Assembly (NCBI RefSeq): GCF_018350175.1
Contig: NC_058368.1
Span: 35,652,001 to 35,716,000 of the forward strand
Direction of reading: 5' to 3'
Length of the DNA stretch: 64,000 nucleotides
Source: Felis catus
Taxonomy: Eukaryota
Numbering within the stretch: the stretch's first letter is position 1; every line of letters begins with the position of its first letter. Under the pieces are notes generated by a model. The model saw only the letters and a list, made by a program, of their open reading frames with translations. It was not told where the DNA came from and searched no databases. Below, in pieces: positions 22,040 to 33,750 of this stretch. A program made the position numbers and the translations under genes.

Positions 22040-22689
22040 TATATTTAAACTGGATGATAGTACATATTAAATCATTATGATATTTGAATCTCATTGGATA
22101 CATTTAAAATAGTGAAGTAGCAGCTTTCATATTTAAATTATTGTAAATAATTGTAATCCTTTGCAATTATTTAAACTTGTGATAAAAAATCTTTGAGGTC
22201 AATTTAAAATGTGTGGGAGGTCAATTAAGCAAAAAATGCTTAAAGACCATATATGTAAATAAGCTCAATATCTTTCAGAATTGTCCTTCTTCCCCACTGA
22301 TCATAGACCACTCTGGATGCTAATCATCTATCACTACCACATGACTGCATAGCCATTCACACTGGATTTCTAAGATTCAACTCCTCTCCTATATGTACTT
22401 CTGTCATAGTGGCTTCTAGACCCTTCCTAGAACCTGTCTTAGAGTCAGGTATTCTGGAAGTGGAGAAAAAAGACTTTCATTGTCATCTAAACAAAGAGTG
22501 AATGGAAGGTGTTAGGGAGGCTTTGTGCCTAGAGCACATTTAACTAGGACTAGCTTTGACCCATTTTGTATTTTTAATGTTGACTGTCGGCTCTTGATCT
22601 CCTTTACAAATTTTAAGAAATAGTTATAAAAAGTCTTTTATACACCAGACATGGTACTTCATGCAGGAAGATTTTACACATACACATAC

Positions 22690-22855
22690 ACACACATGGG
22701 GGAGAGGGGCAGAGGGAGAGAGAGGGAGAGAATCTTAAGCAGGCTCCACACTCAGCATTGATCCCGATTTGGGGCTCAGTCCCACAACCCTGATGTCATG
22801 ACCTGAACTGAAATCAAGAGTCAAAGCTCACTTGACTGAGCCACCCAGGTGTCCC
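22690..22855 (-). mobile_element. Older Can-SINE
   Basis: Antisense head GGGACACCTGGGTGGCTCAGTCAAG and CT-rich tract. Confidence 0.9.
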
Positions 22856-22959
22856 ATTATCACTTGGCTTTTAAGAAGCTGACAGCTAATAGATTTCAGT
22901 AGTACAAACAAATAGATGAAATACTGAAGGAAAGGTGCAGTAATAGAATATATAGAAAC

Positions 22960-23835
22960 ACTATATTTTACAAAATCTAAGATACCATAGATTATAAAAT
23001 GTACCATTATTCTATGTATCATTAAGGAAAATTACTGCCACTCAAATTATGACACGATGCTTTCTTATCACTTAGAATATTTACTTACTGAAAGAACTTT
23101 TTAAATGTGTTTAGATGTAGAGCTTTATTATAGTATATATACATTAAAAGGAAAATATAAAATAAGGTGTTCCTCAACCTTCTTCCAATTCAGTTTATTT
23201 TTTTTTTAATTTGTTTAATGTTTGTTTATTTTTGAGAGAGAGAGACAGACAAAGTGTGAGCAGGGGAGGATCAGAGAGAGAGAGAGAGAGACAGAATCCA
23301 AAGCAGGCTTCAGGTTCCAAGCTACGAGCACAGAGCTGGATGTGGAGCTCAAACCCACGAACCATGAGATCATGATCTGAGCCAGAGTTGGACGTGTAAC
23401 CAACTGAGCCACCCTGGTGCCCCCTGAGCTCATCTTTTTAATATCACCTTTTGGATCAGAATATTTAATATATGTGTCCTTCAACACAATATTGGATTTT
23501 CTTTCTTACTTTCTGTAAGTATCTGTAAGTTTTGATGATGACAACAAAAGATTTCAAACAGAAGTTGTCAACAAAAGATTTCAAACAATTAAGACTTGTG
23601 ATCCTTCTTTGAAAGCCTTCCTTAAATAGTCTGTTGACAATGAGGGTTTGCAATTGCTCAGTCATAAGTCCATAAACCATAACTAACTCTGAGTATGTGC
23701 ATGTAAAAACATGCATGCTATGACTGCTGCCTGACCATCAGTGATCATAAAATACTAACAATGATAAAGGCATCCTGATTTGAGAAATGATAAAACCTAG
23801 GGGCAAATAGTACTTTTTAGATTTGATTTGATACA
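22960..23835. mobile_element. Tc2-type (Kanga1/MER104-like) DNA transposon remnant, split by a SINE
   Basis: Ends AAATCTAAGATACCATAGATTATAAAATGTACCATTAT and GCATCCTGATTTGAGAAATGATAAAA..TTAGATTTGA resemble Kanga1/MER104 termini as recalled. Confidence 0.5.
23196..23424 (-). mobile_element. Can-SINE (SINEC_Fc family)
   Basis: Antisense GGGGGCACCAGGGTGGCTCAGTTGG head, (CT)n tract, A tail. Confidence 0.93.
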
Positions 23836-25661
23836 ATAGTATGAAGAAATGATTAATTTTCCCTAGGATAGTCTCGGATGACTCTCAAACAAGATCATAC
23901 CTAAAAATGTTTTCTTATTGTTTTATTGTGGGATAGGTCTCCATCAAGCAAATAAAAGGAAGGGGAGGAGAAAAATGGAGACAGGAAGCAACAGAATACA
24001 CTGGTGTATAAATTAGTGAGCTTAAAATTAGCCTGGAAGTTACAAGGACCCTAGATCTCAAAATAAGATGCTTAAGTTCTCAGGAAAGATGGCTGAGTAA
24101 GAGGATCTTAAGTTCATCTATTCCATGGACACACCTAGAGAACAGCCACATCAAAGTAATTAACCTAAAAAATGACAAAGACTGACAGAACAGACTTTCC
24201 AACGTTAATCATAAAGAGGAAGCCACATTGAAAAGGATAGGAAGGGCTGAGACAGGATATGGAACTAAACTCCTGGTGAGACTAACCACAAAGGAAAGGA
24301 ACAGACCCCGTGCCAGCCACCCCAGACACAGGACCTGCACTGGGAATATGAGTCCCCATAGCATTTGGCTTTGAAAACTAGAGGATCATAACTATGCAAG
24401 TTTTTGCATTCAGCAGGGCCTAACTCCGGGTACTTTAAAAATTAGTGCACTTAGCTCTGGGAGAACTAGAGGATGATAGGAAACTGAATCCTTGCTCTTA
24501 AAGAGACAATACAACAAAAAGCTCTGCTGAGATACAGCATAGCAACAGTTTGAAAACTGCCTGGCATGTGAATGAGATTCATTTACTAATCTCAAAACAT
24601 GTGCTGGAGGGGCAGAGATCTTTAGGAGAATTCTTCAAGAACAAAAGAGCTGGCAGGTGCCACATCCTTACCACCACTACCACCCTCGATAGCCAGAGAG
24701 TTGCAAGAACATTCTCCAACTACCTTCATAACACTGCATACCCATCTCCCACATTCTTCTGCAGACCTGCCCATCCAACCCACCTGACTCAATAGGCATC
24801 ATTCCAAAGCTGCCTCTGTTCTGACATATCCTGCAAGCAGCTCCAGCAAAGACCAGTGCCACTCCAGAGTGACTCCTGCTTTAGAGAGGAAGATAATCAC
24901 ACACACCAGTTTGGCTATAGTCCCAGCAGATAGATGAGGCAGACATATGATATGACTGCTGGCCCACCCCCAAACAGTGGCAGCACAGGGAGAAAAACCT
25001 GTAATTTGGGGTCACCACAGCCCTAAAAGATGGAATAGGGACTGGCATCTGGTCTGAATGCTGGTCCTGCCCACCAGCAAAATCCTCTCAGGAGACAAGG
25101 CAGGGAGATCACCCTGCTGATTGTTGCTACTGCAGCCTCAGCAAATGGGCTGAAGGCAGGCATCTATCTGACTGCTGATACCACCCAAATATAAGCCCAT
25201 GGCGGTTCCAGACTGACCCATTAACAGCACAGGAACCAAACCCTGCCAGCAACTGGAAAAGTGAGCCATTGCAGCTGGAATAAAGGCAAACATAGCTCAG
25301 CTACAACAGTAAGGTTCATGCAAGCCACATAGAGATACTTCTAAAGCACCTGGTTATGGTCAACAGGACACATTGTCATGCTACAGGCCATTACAACATT
25401 CTTCTATACGAGGCCACTACTTTCAAGATCAGGAGATGTAGCTGAATTTCCTAACACATTAAAAAAAAAAAGGATAGACAAAAATGAGGAGACAGAGGAA
25501 TGTGTCCCAAATGAAAGAACAGGACAAAGTCATGGTAAAAGAGCTAAATGAAATATAGATATGCAGTATGCCTGATACATAATTCAAAGTAATGGTCACA
25601 AAAATTCTCACTGGACTTGAGAAAAGAGTGGAGGGCATCAGTGAGACCTTCAACAAAGAGA

Positions 25662-25670
25662 TTATATATA

Positions 25671-25725
<55 letters not shown>
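25662..25725. repeat. (TA)n microsatellite inside L1 ORF1
   Basis: Directly visible. Confidence 0.95.
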
Positions 25726-25728
<3 letters not shown>

Positions 25729-26573
25729 GAGATGAAGAACTCAATAACTTAAAGAGAAACTGCACTGGAAGAAATCAACAGCATATTGGAGGAGACAGAA
25801 GAACAAATCAGTGACCTGGAAGGCAGTATAATGACAAGCAACCAAACTGAACAGAAAAAAATAAATGAAATTTTAAAAAAGAATAAAAGATGAGAATAGA
25901 TTAATGGGACTCAGCAACATCATCCAGCATAATAACATTCACAGTATTGGGATCTCAGAAGGAAAACAAAGAGAAAAGGGAGCAGAAAATTTATTTGAAG
26001 AAATAATAGCAGAAAAGTTTTCTAATTTGGGGAAGGAAATAGACATCCAGATCCAGGAGGCACAGAGAGCCCCCCAACAAAATCAACTCAGGGATTGGTC
26101 CACACCACACACATAATAATTAAAATGCCCCCCCTCAAAAAAAGTAGTGGTAAAGAGAATTTTAGAAGGAGCGAGAAAATACAAAACAGTTACACACAAA
26201 GGAAACCCCATAAGGCTCTCCACTAATTTTTCAGCAGAAACTTCACAGTCCACAAGGGAGTGGCAGGATATATTCAAAGTGCTGAAAGCAAACACTATCC
26301 AGGAAAATTATCCTTTGAAATAGGAGAGATGAAGAGTTTCCCAGACAGACACAAGTTAAAGGAGTTCATAACCACTAAACCAGTCTTCCAAGAAATGTTT
26401 AAGGGAATTCTTTAAGTGGAAAAAAAGAGGCTACAATCAGGAATAAGAAAATTATAAAAGGAAAAAACTTCACAGATAAGTACAAACATAATAAATGTAG
26501 TAGATTAATCCTTATAACACCAGTACAGAAGTTAAAGCAGTAAAATCAATTCTATCTATAAAAAATCAGGCAA

Positions 26574-26737
26574 GGGGTACCTGTCAGGTCATGATCTCAT
26601 GGTTTGTGGGTTCAAGCCCTGCACTGGGCTCCCTGATGTCAGTACAGACTCCACTTTGGATCCTCTGTCCCCCTCTCTCTCTGCACCTCTCCTTCTTGCA
26701 CTCTACCTCTCAAAAATAAATAAACATCACAAAAAAA
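26574..26737 (+). mobile_element. Can-SINE with deletion of the A-box region, in the L1 inter-ORF spacer
   Basis: GGGGTACCTG jumps directly to TCAGGTCATGATCTC. The rest of the body, CT tract and AATAAA tail are present. Confidence 0.88.
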
Positions 26738-29677
26738 TCATCTAAGGCATTCACAAAAGGATGTAAAGTATGACATCATATACATAAAAATTGGAGGGGA
26801 ATAAAAATTTAGTGCTTTTAGAATGAGTTCAAACTTAAGCAACCATCAACTTAATATAGACTTCTCTATGTGTAAGATGTTATATCTGAAACTAATGGTA
26901 ACCACAAATCAAAAACCTACAGCTGATATGGAAAAAAATAAAGAGAACAGAATCTAAGCATAACACTAAAGAAAGCCTTCAAACCACAAGGGAAAAGAAC
27001 AAGAAAAGAACAGAAAAGAACAAAAAGAACCATATAATAAGTAACAAATTAGCCATAAGAAATACCTATCAATAATTAATCTGAATGTAAATAGACTAAA
27101 TGCTCCACTCAAAAGTCATAGAGGGACTGAATGAATAAAAAATAAGACCTATCTATATGCTGCCTAAAAGACTCATTTCAGACCCAAAGACCCATGCAGG
27201 TCGAAAATGAAGAGATGGAAAAACATTTACAGTGCAAATGGAAGCAAAAAGAAAGCTGAGGTATCAATACTTATAATGAACAAAATAGACTTTAAAATGA
27301 AGACTGTATGTAACAAGAGACAAGAGTACTACATAATAAAAAAACCAATCCTACAAGAGAATATAACAATTGTAAATATGCACCCAGCATGGAAGCTCAT
27401 AAAGGAAGTAATTGAAAGTAATATAATAATAGTAGGGAAATTTAAACACACCACTTACATCAATGAATACACTGTCCAGACAGAAAATCAACGAGGAAAC
27501 AGCAGCTTTGCATGACACACTGGACCAGTAGGACCTAACACATATATGAAAAACGTTCCATCTAAAAATAGAAGAATTTACATTCTTTTTAAGTGCACAT
27601 GGAACATTCTCCTAAATAGATCATATGTTAGGCCACAAAACAAAATGCAATAAATTCAAAACGATTGAAATCATATCAAACATCTTTTAAGACCACAAGA
27701 GTATGAAACTAGAAATGAATCACAAGAAAATTCTGGAAAGAACACAAATATATGGAGACTAAACAACATGCTACTAAACATTGAACGGGTCAACCAAGAA
27801 ATCAAAAGGAAATAAAAAATACATGGAGACAAATGAAAATAAAAACACAATGGTCCAAAATCTTTGGGATGCAGCAAAAACAGTTCTAAGAGGAAAGGCA
27901 ATAGTGATACAGGTCTACATCAAGAAGCAAGAAAAATCTTAAATAAACAACCTAACTTTACACCTAAAGGAACTAGAAAAAGAAAAACAAAGCCAAAGCT
28001 AGTAAAATAAAGGAATTAATAAAGATTAAAGCAGAAATTAATGAAATAGAGACTTAAAATACAATAGAAAAAATCAATCTAATCAGGAGCTGGTTCTTTG
28101 AAAATATGAACAAGACTAATGAACTGTTAGACTCATAAAAAAAGGAGAGAGAGACTCAAGTAAATAAAATCAGAAATGAAGGAGAAATAACACCTGACAC
28201 CACAGAAATAAAAAAGGATTATAAGAGAATATTATGAAAAATTATATGCTAACAAATTGGACAACCTAGATAAATAATAATAAATTCCTATAAACAGGAT
28301 GATTACTAACAATGAAATGTAATCAGTAATCAAAATTGTCCCCAAAAAACAATTTTTGGGGACAAAAATTATTTGTCCCAAACCGCTTCAAAGGTGAATT
28401 CTACCAAACAATTAAAGAGGAGTTAATACTTATTTGTCTCAAACTATTCAAAAAAAAGGAAAAGAAAGCTTCCAAATTCATTCTACAAGGCCATAATTGC
28501 CATGATATCAAAACTAGATAAAGACACTACAAAAAAACTATAGGCCAATATCTATGGTAAACATAGACACAAAAATCCTCAACAAAATATTAGCAAACTG
28601 AATCCAAGAATACATTAAAAAAGTTATTCACCGTGATAAAGTAGGATTTATTCTAGGAATGCTAGGGTGGTCCAATATATGCAAATCAATTAATGCGTTA
28701 CATCACATCAATAAGAGAAACAATAAAAACCATATGATCATCTGAATGATAAATGCATAAAAAGCATTGACAGTGTACAGCATTCATTTATAATTAAAAA
28801 CTATCAACAAAGTATGCTTAGAAGAAACATACCTCAACATAATAAAGGCTATATATGGAAAAACCCACAGCTAACATCATCTTCAAAGGCAAACAACTGA
28901 AAGTGTTTCCTTTAAGATCAGGAACAAAGTAAGGATGCCACACTCTTGCCACTTTTCTTCAACATAGTACCAAAAGTCCTAGCCATAGCAATTAGATAAG
29001 AAAAAGAAATAAAGTCCATCTTGATTGATAAGAAGTGAAATTGTCACGATTTGCAGATGGCATATACTATACACAGAAAACTCTAAAAACTCCACCAAAA
29101 AAACACTAGAACTGATAAATGAATTCAGTAAAGTTGCAGGATACAAAATCAATATACAAAAATATCCTGTTTCTATACACTAATAACAAAATAGTGAGAG
29201 AGAAATTAAGAAAACAATCTCATTTACAATTGCACCACAATGAATGAAATACCTAGAGATAAACTTAACTAAGGGGGTGAAAAATCTGTACTCTGAAAAC
29301 TGTAAAATACTGATGAGAGAAATTGAAGATGACACAAATGGAAAGATATTTCATGCTCATGGATTGGAACAGTTAATATCGTTAAAATGTTCATACTACT
29401 TAAAGCAATTTACAGATTTAATGCAACCTCTATTAAAATACCAACAATATTTTTCACAGAAATAGTACAAAAAGTCCTAAAATTTGTATGGAACCACAAA
29501 AGACCCCAAATAGCCAAAGCAATCTTGAGAAAGAAGAACAGAGCAATCCCAGATTGCTAATATGCTAAGGGACTAATATGCAAAATGTATAAAGAATTTC
29601 TGTGACTCAACACACATTAAAAACAAAACAAAACCAAAAGAACCCCCCTGATAATCTTATTTAAAAATGAGAAGACC

Positions 29678-29892
29678 CGAGGTGCCTGGATGGCTCAGTC
29701 AGTTGGGCGTTCGAGTTCGGCTCAGGTCATGATCTCGCAGTCCATGAGTTCAAGCTCCGCGTTGGGCTCTGTGCTGACAGCTCAGAGGCTGGAGCCTGTT
29801 TCAGATTCTGTGTCTCCCTCTCTCTCTGACCCTCCCCCGTTCATGCTCTGTCTCTCTCTGTCTCAAAAATAAATTAATGTTAAAGAAAAAGA
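29678..29892 (+). mobile_element. Can-SINE (SINEC_Fc family) inserted in L1 ORF2
   Basis: Typical body. TSD GAGAAGACC at 29669-29677 and 29893-29901. Confidence 0.95.
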
Positions 29893-30864
29893 GAGAAGAC
29901 CTGAATAGATATTTTTCTAAAGAATATAAATGGCCAATAAGTACATGAAAAACATGCTCAACATCACTAATCATCAGGGAAATGCAAATTAAAACCACAA
30001 TGAAATATCATCTCAAACAAGTAAGAGTGACTAGTATTAAAAAAAAAAAAAAAAAAAAAAAAAACAAGAAATAACACATGTTGGTGAAGATGTGGAGAAA
30101 AGGGAACCCTTGTGCATTTTTAGTAGGAATGTACCCTGGTGCAGCCATTGTGGAAAATAGTATAGAGGTTCCTCAAAAAATTAAAGATAGATTTACCACA
30201 TGATCCAATATTCAACTACTGGGTATTTACCCAAAGAAAAAGAAAATACTAACTTGGTATATGCATTCATATGTTTATTAAAGAATTATTTATAGTAGCC
30301 AAGATATGGAAGTAATCCAAGTGTCCATTAGTAGATGACTCGATAAAGAATTAGTAGATGACTGGATATCTGCACGTGCACACATATGCATTCAGTGGAA
30401 GATTACTCAGCCATAAAAAAGAATGACATCTTGCCATTTGCAAAAACATGGATGGACCTAGAGGGCATAGTGGTAAGTGAAATAAGTCAGACAGAGAAAG
30501 ACAGATACCTCATGATTTCACTCATATATGAAGTTAAGAAAGAAAACGAATGAACAAAGAAAAAGACAAACAAAAAAAAACCAGACAGTGAAGTACAGAG
30601 AGCAAAATGGTGGTTGCCAGAGGGGAGGTGAGTGAGGGGATAGGTGAACAAGAAAAAAGGGAATAAGAGTACATTTATTTTGATAATACTGATAAATAGA
30701 TAGAATTGTCGAATTATTATATTTGTACCTGAAACTAATGTAACATTCTATGCTAATTATACTTGAATTAAAAAAAAAAAAGCTTAGACTTTGTGGGGCA
30801 CGCTCCTATGAGTAATTAAAATTTTAAGGCACTGTTAGGTTGATTAAAAAGAAAACACTCCAGT

Positions 30865-31440
30865 GTCTGGGGCAGTTGCATGGAAGGGAGGCCGGAATGG
30901 CAGATGAGATTATAAAGGCTCAGGCCACTAGACCTGCTAGCAACACAGTCCTCAGGAAGATCATTTGCAAGGAAATCCCAGCCAAAATAATTTCTGAGGA
31001 TGACCAGTGTCTTGCTTTCCATAACATTTCCCTTCAAGCACCAACACATTTTTCTGGTGATACCCAAGAAAGATATATTTCAGATTTCTGTAACAGGAGA
31101 TGATGAAAATTTTCTTGGACATTTAATGATTGTTGGCAAGAAATGTGCTGTTGATCTGAGCCTGAAGAAGGGTTATCAAATGGTGGTGAATGAAGGTCCA
31201 GATGGGGGACAGTCTATCGCATTAATCTCCATGTTCTTGGAAGTCAGCAGATGAATTGGCCTTCTGGTAAAGCATGTTTTAGGGATTATTTTGCCTTCTC
31301 TAGGTAATGATCAATATTTTCAAGTTCTGATATGTTAAACAGTATACTTATTTTTGCCTGTTTATGAAGAGATTGAGGACATACTTTTAAAAACCCATAA
31401 TTAATAAAAGACAATGTTGCATGGTTAAAACAAAACAAAA
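30865..31440 (+). pseudogene. HINT1: Processed pseudogene of histidine triad nucleotide-binding protein 1
   Basis: ATG 30897: [52 protein letters not shown]. After a +1 T at 31049-31053 it continues [55 protein letters not shown] further 4-bp loss precedes [18 protein letters not shown]. Intronless, with 3' UTR AATAAA at 31403, an A-rich tail and a degenerate TSD at 30846-30864 / 31438-31456. Confidence 0.95.
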
Positions 31441-31835
31441 CAGAAGACTATCCAGTTGCCCAATACAGGAGAAGTTTAAGGGATGTATTGCTAGAGAGTA
31501 CAGAAAACAGGAAAGAAAGCTTCTGGGAGCAATAAACCAAAGACGATAGAGTGGATGCTAAGACAGCTGCAAAACTCCTAGCAGTCCTATACAAAACCAA
31601 AACAGCATCTACATCATCTACATCCATGATGCCATGAAGCCCAATCTCTATTGCAGTTCTGAGTATATGGAGGCTGTAGAGAAAATCTGGTGCCTGAGTG
31701 GATTGCCAGTGGTGGTCCTTTGCATCTGACCTTTCACATCTTAACTAGGTCTATCAAGCAAGAGAAAAATACTGCTGAAGCACACTCCCCCAATTCAACC
31801 CAAGGAGTATTGAGGCTTTGCAACAACAATGATGA

Positions 31836-31870
<35 letters not shown>

Positions 31871-32189
31871 TTTATATGTATTCTCTAGTGGAGGGCTAGC
31901 AATAGGAACTCAATAAAACTTTTATTCTTCAGAAAATACAGTAGGGACTCAGGAAACATTTTCTGACAGGAAAAGAGAGGATGGAGGAGGAGAATAGATG
32001 GGAGGAGGATGGGAGGAAAGAAACAAGGGAAGGAGGAAAGAAGAAAGAAAGAGAACTTTAAAAAGATCACTTAAATAGGAAATGCTTTTTGTGCTTTGAA
32101 AGTTTAAAGGGTGTTATCAGATGATACAGTAAGACATCTAAGTTTCTTCTCATAGGGCAAAGTTCTGGTAAATTTCTCCATGCTGTCTC

Positions 32190-33358
32190 CTATATGTTCA
32201 CTCAGATGAGGATTAGAATTAAGAGTTATTCCATTCTCTCCTCTGCTTCCAAGACTCCAATTTTACACATTAGGTCTTTTTATATCATTCCATATGTCCC
32301 TAAGTCTCTATTCAATTTTTTCATTTTTCTGTTATCCAGATTGGATAATTCTTATTAATCTATCTTCAAACATACTGATTATCTATGTTCTATTAAGTTC
32401 ATTCAGTAATTTTTTTTAATTTCAGATATTATTTTTCAATTCTAGAATATACAAATGATTCTTCATTATGTCAGCGGAGATTTCCCTTATTTTCATTCAT
32501 TGCAAGTGTATTATTCTTTATGTTCTTAAGCATAGTTAAATGGTTACTTTAAAGTCTTTTCTAATTCTGGGGCACCTGGGTGGCTCAGCTGGTTAAGTGT
32601 CCCACTCTTGATTGTGGCTCAGGTGATGAGCTCACAGTTTGTGAGTTTGAACCCCGCCTGGGGCTGTTAGTGTGGAGCCTGCTTGGGATTCTCTCCTCCT
32701 CTCCTCTCTCTCTGCTCCTCCCTCTGCTCATGTGCATATGTGTGCTCTCTCTCAAATGAGTTAAAAAAAAAAATGTTTTTTGGTAATTCAAAATCTTGCT
32801 AACTTCAGAGTTGGTCTTTTTTCTTGAGAATGGGTCATATTTTCCTGATTCTTTGAATTTCAAGTCATTTGGGATTGTATCCTCGACATTGTGAATCTTA
32901 TGTTTTAGAGGCTGAATTCTTTTATATTCCTCTGAGGAGTGTAGATTTTCTATTTTAGCAAGCAATTATTTGGTTGCACTCAAACTGAAAACACTGCCTC
33001 CTGCACAACACCTTAAAGGTTACTTCAGTTTTTTTAATCTTTAGCTGAAGTTGCCTAATGCATGCATGGTCTGACAGCCAGAGGTTTAGGCAGAGTTTAT
33101 AATAAAACTTGCCTCTCTCTCGAAATCTCTGGGATTTCCCTTACACTTGCCAATAGCTGTGGTTTTCCCCAACATTGTCCTGTAGTTCTTGAGGTCAGAA
33201 AAATTGAGAATTTTCTTTAGAGTTTTAGTGACATGTTGATGCCAACTTTGGCCTGCCCAGAAAATAAATATTATTGAAAAATGGGTAATTTTTCATGCAC
33301 TTCCCTTTTTTAAAGTGTCAACTCCTCTTCAGAATCTGCCTGCTTTTGTTCACTCTCT
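32190..33358 (-). mobile_element. Old L1M 5' region / ORF1 fragment, split by a SINE
   Basis: T-rich antisense ORF1-like sequence (ATTCTCTCCTCTGCTTCCAAGACTCCAATTTTACACAT..GGGTCATATTTTCCTGATTCTTTG). Confidence 0.6.
32569..32773 (+). mobile_element. Can-SINE
   Basis: GGGGCACCTGGGTGGCTCAGCTGGTTAAG head, CT tract, A tail. Confidence 0.93.
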
Positions 33359-33393
33359 GATTGAAAAAGTCTGATTACAACTGATCCTAATTA

Positions 33394-33513
33394 CTATTAT
33401 TTATTTTTTATTTATTTTTTTGTTAGTAATCTCTACACCCAACATGGGTCTCAAACTCATGACCCTGAGATCAAGAGTCACATACTCTTCTGACTGAACC
33501 AGCCAGGTGCCCC
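33394..33513 (-). mobile_element. Short tRNA-derived Can-SINE (SINEC_old-like, no CT tract)
   Basis: Minus strand GGGGCACCTGGCTGGTTCAGTCAGAAGAG..TGACTCTTGATCTCAGGGTCATGAGTTTGAGACCCATGTTGGGTGTAGAGATTAC plus A-rich tail. CCTAATTA is repeated in both flanks. Confidence 0.85.
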
Positions 33514-33539
33514 TGACCAGCCCTAATTATGATTTATAA

Positions 33540-33750
33540 TTAATTACTGAGACTGTGCTCTGCACAGGAACTGTGCTTTAAATATAGGTAGATTATCTTA
33601 TTTAATCTTACAAGAGTCCCATGAGGGAAGGAAGTGTCAATGTTTACATTTTACAGATAAGGCAATAAAAGGTGAGAAAGATGCAGGTCTTTCTTCGGTA
33701 ACAGATCTAAACCCAAATGTTTAGGAGACCAAAGTCCATAGTCTTACTGT
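33540..33750 (-). mobile_element. MIR fragment
   Basis: ATCTTATTTAATCTTACAAGAGTCCCATGAGG..CATTTTACAGATAAGGCAA. Confidence 0.55.

Larger units (their letters stand above)
16359..22252 (+). mobile_element. Old hAT-Charlie element (Charlie7-like) fragmented by nested L1, SINE and Tc1/mariner insertions
   Basis: Left end CAGGGATAGTCAAACTGGGGTA resumes after an L1 as AATCAATTTCCAGGG..TCCTTTCCTAAAA. Transposase-like remnant NKSDLVDWFDN...NELNF near 20970-21060. Right end AAAATGTGTGGGAGG..GCAAAAAATGCTTAAAGACCA. Family assignment from recalled consensus. Confidence 0.5.
24080..30781 (+). mobile_element. Near-full-length carnivore L1, inactive (many stops and frameshifts, two SINE insertions, internal ORF2 deletion)
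   Basis: 5' end GGAAAGATGGCTGAGTAAGAGG. ORF1 from ATG 25484 (MRRQRNVSQMKEQDK) to about 26415. ORF2 endonuclease start YLSIINLNVNRLNAP near 27063. RT FADD motif decayed to TTTGCAGATGGC at 29050. 3' UTR and poly(A) end at 30781. Confidence 0.92.

Noticed and set aside
27207..29465. L1 ORF2 fragments as an active reverse transcriptase
   Set aside because: Many stops and frameshifts, FADD decayed to FADG and an internal deletion.
30840..31254. ORFs 30840-31103 and 31000-31254 as functional HINT1-like genes
   Set aside because: They are the two frameshifted halves of one pseudogene, and the HIT catalytic motif is mutated and out of frame.
24080..31456. HINT1 copy as an L1 3' transduction or L1-mRNA chimera
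   Set aside because: The retrocopy has its own TSD and endonuclease site and is separated from the L1 poly(A) by about 65 bp of unrelated sequence.
33394..33513. Possible tRNA-Lys gene on the minus strand
   Set aside because: It has degenerate stems, a SINE-type GTAGAGATTAC 3' extension and an A tail, so it is a tRNA-derived SINE rather than a tRNA gene.
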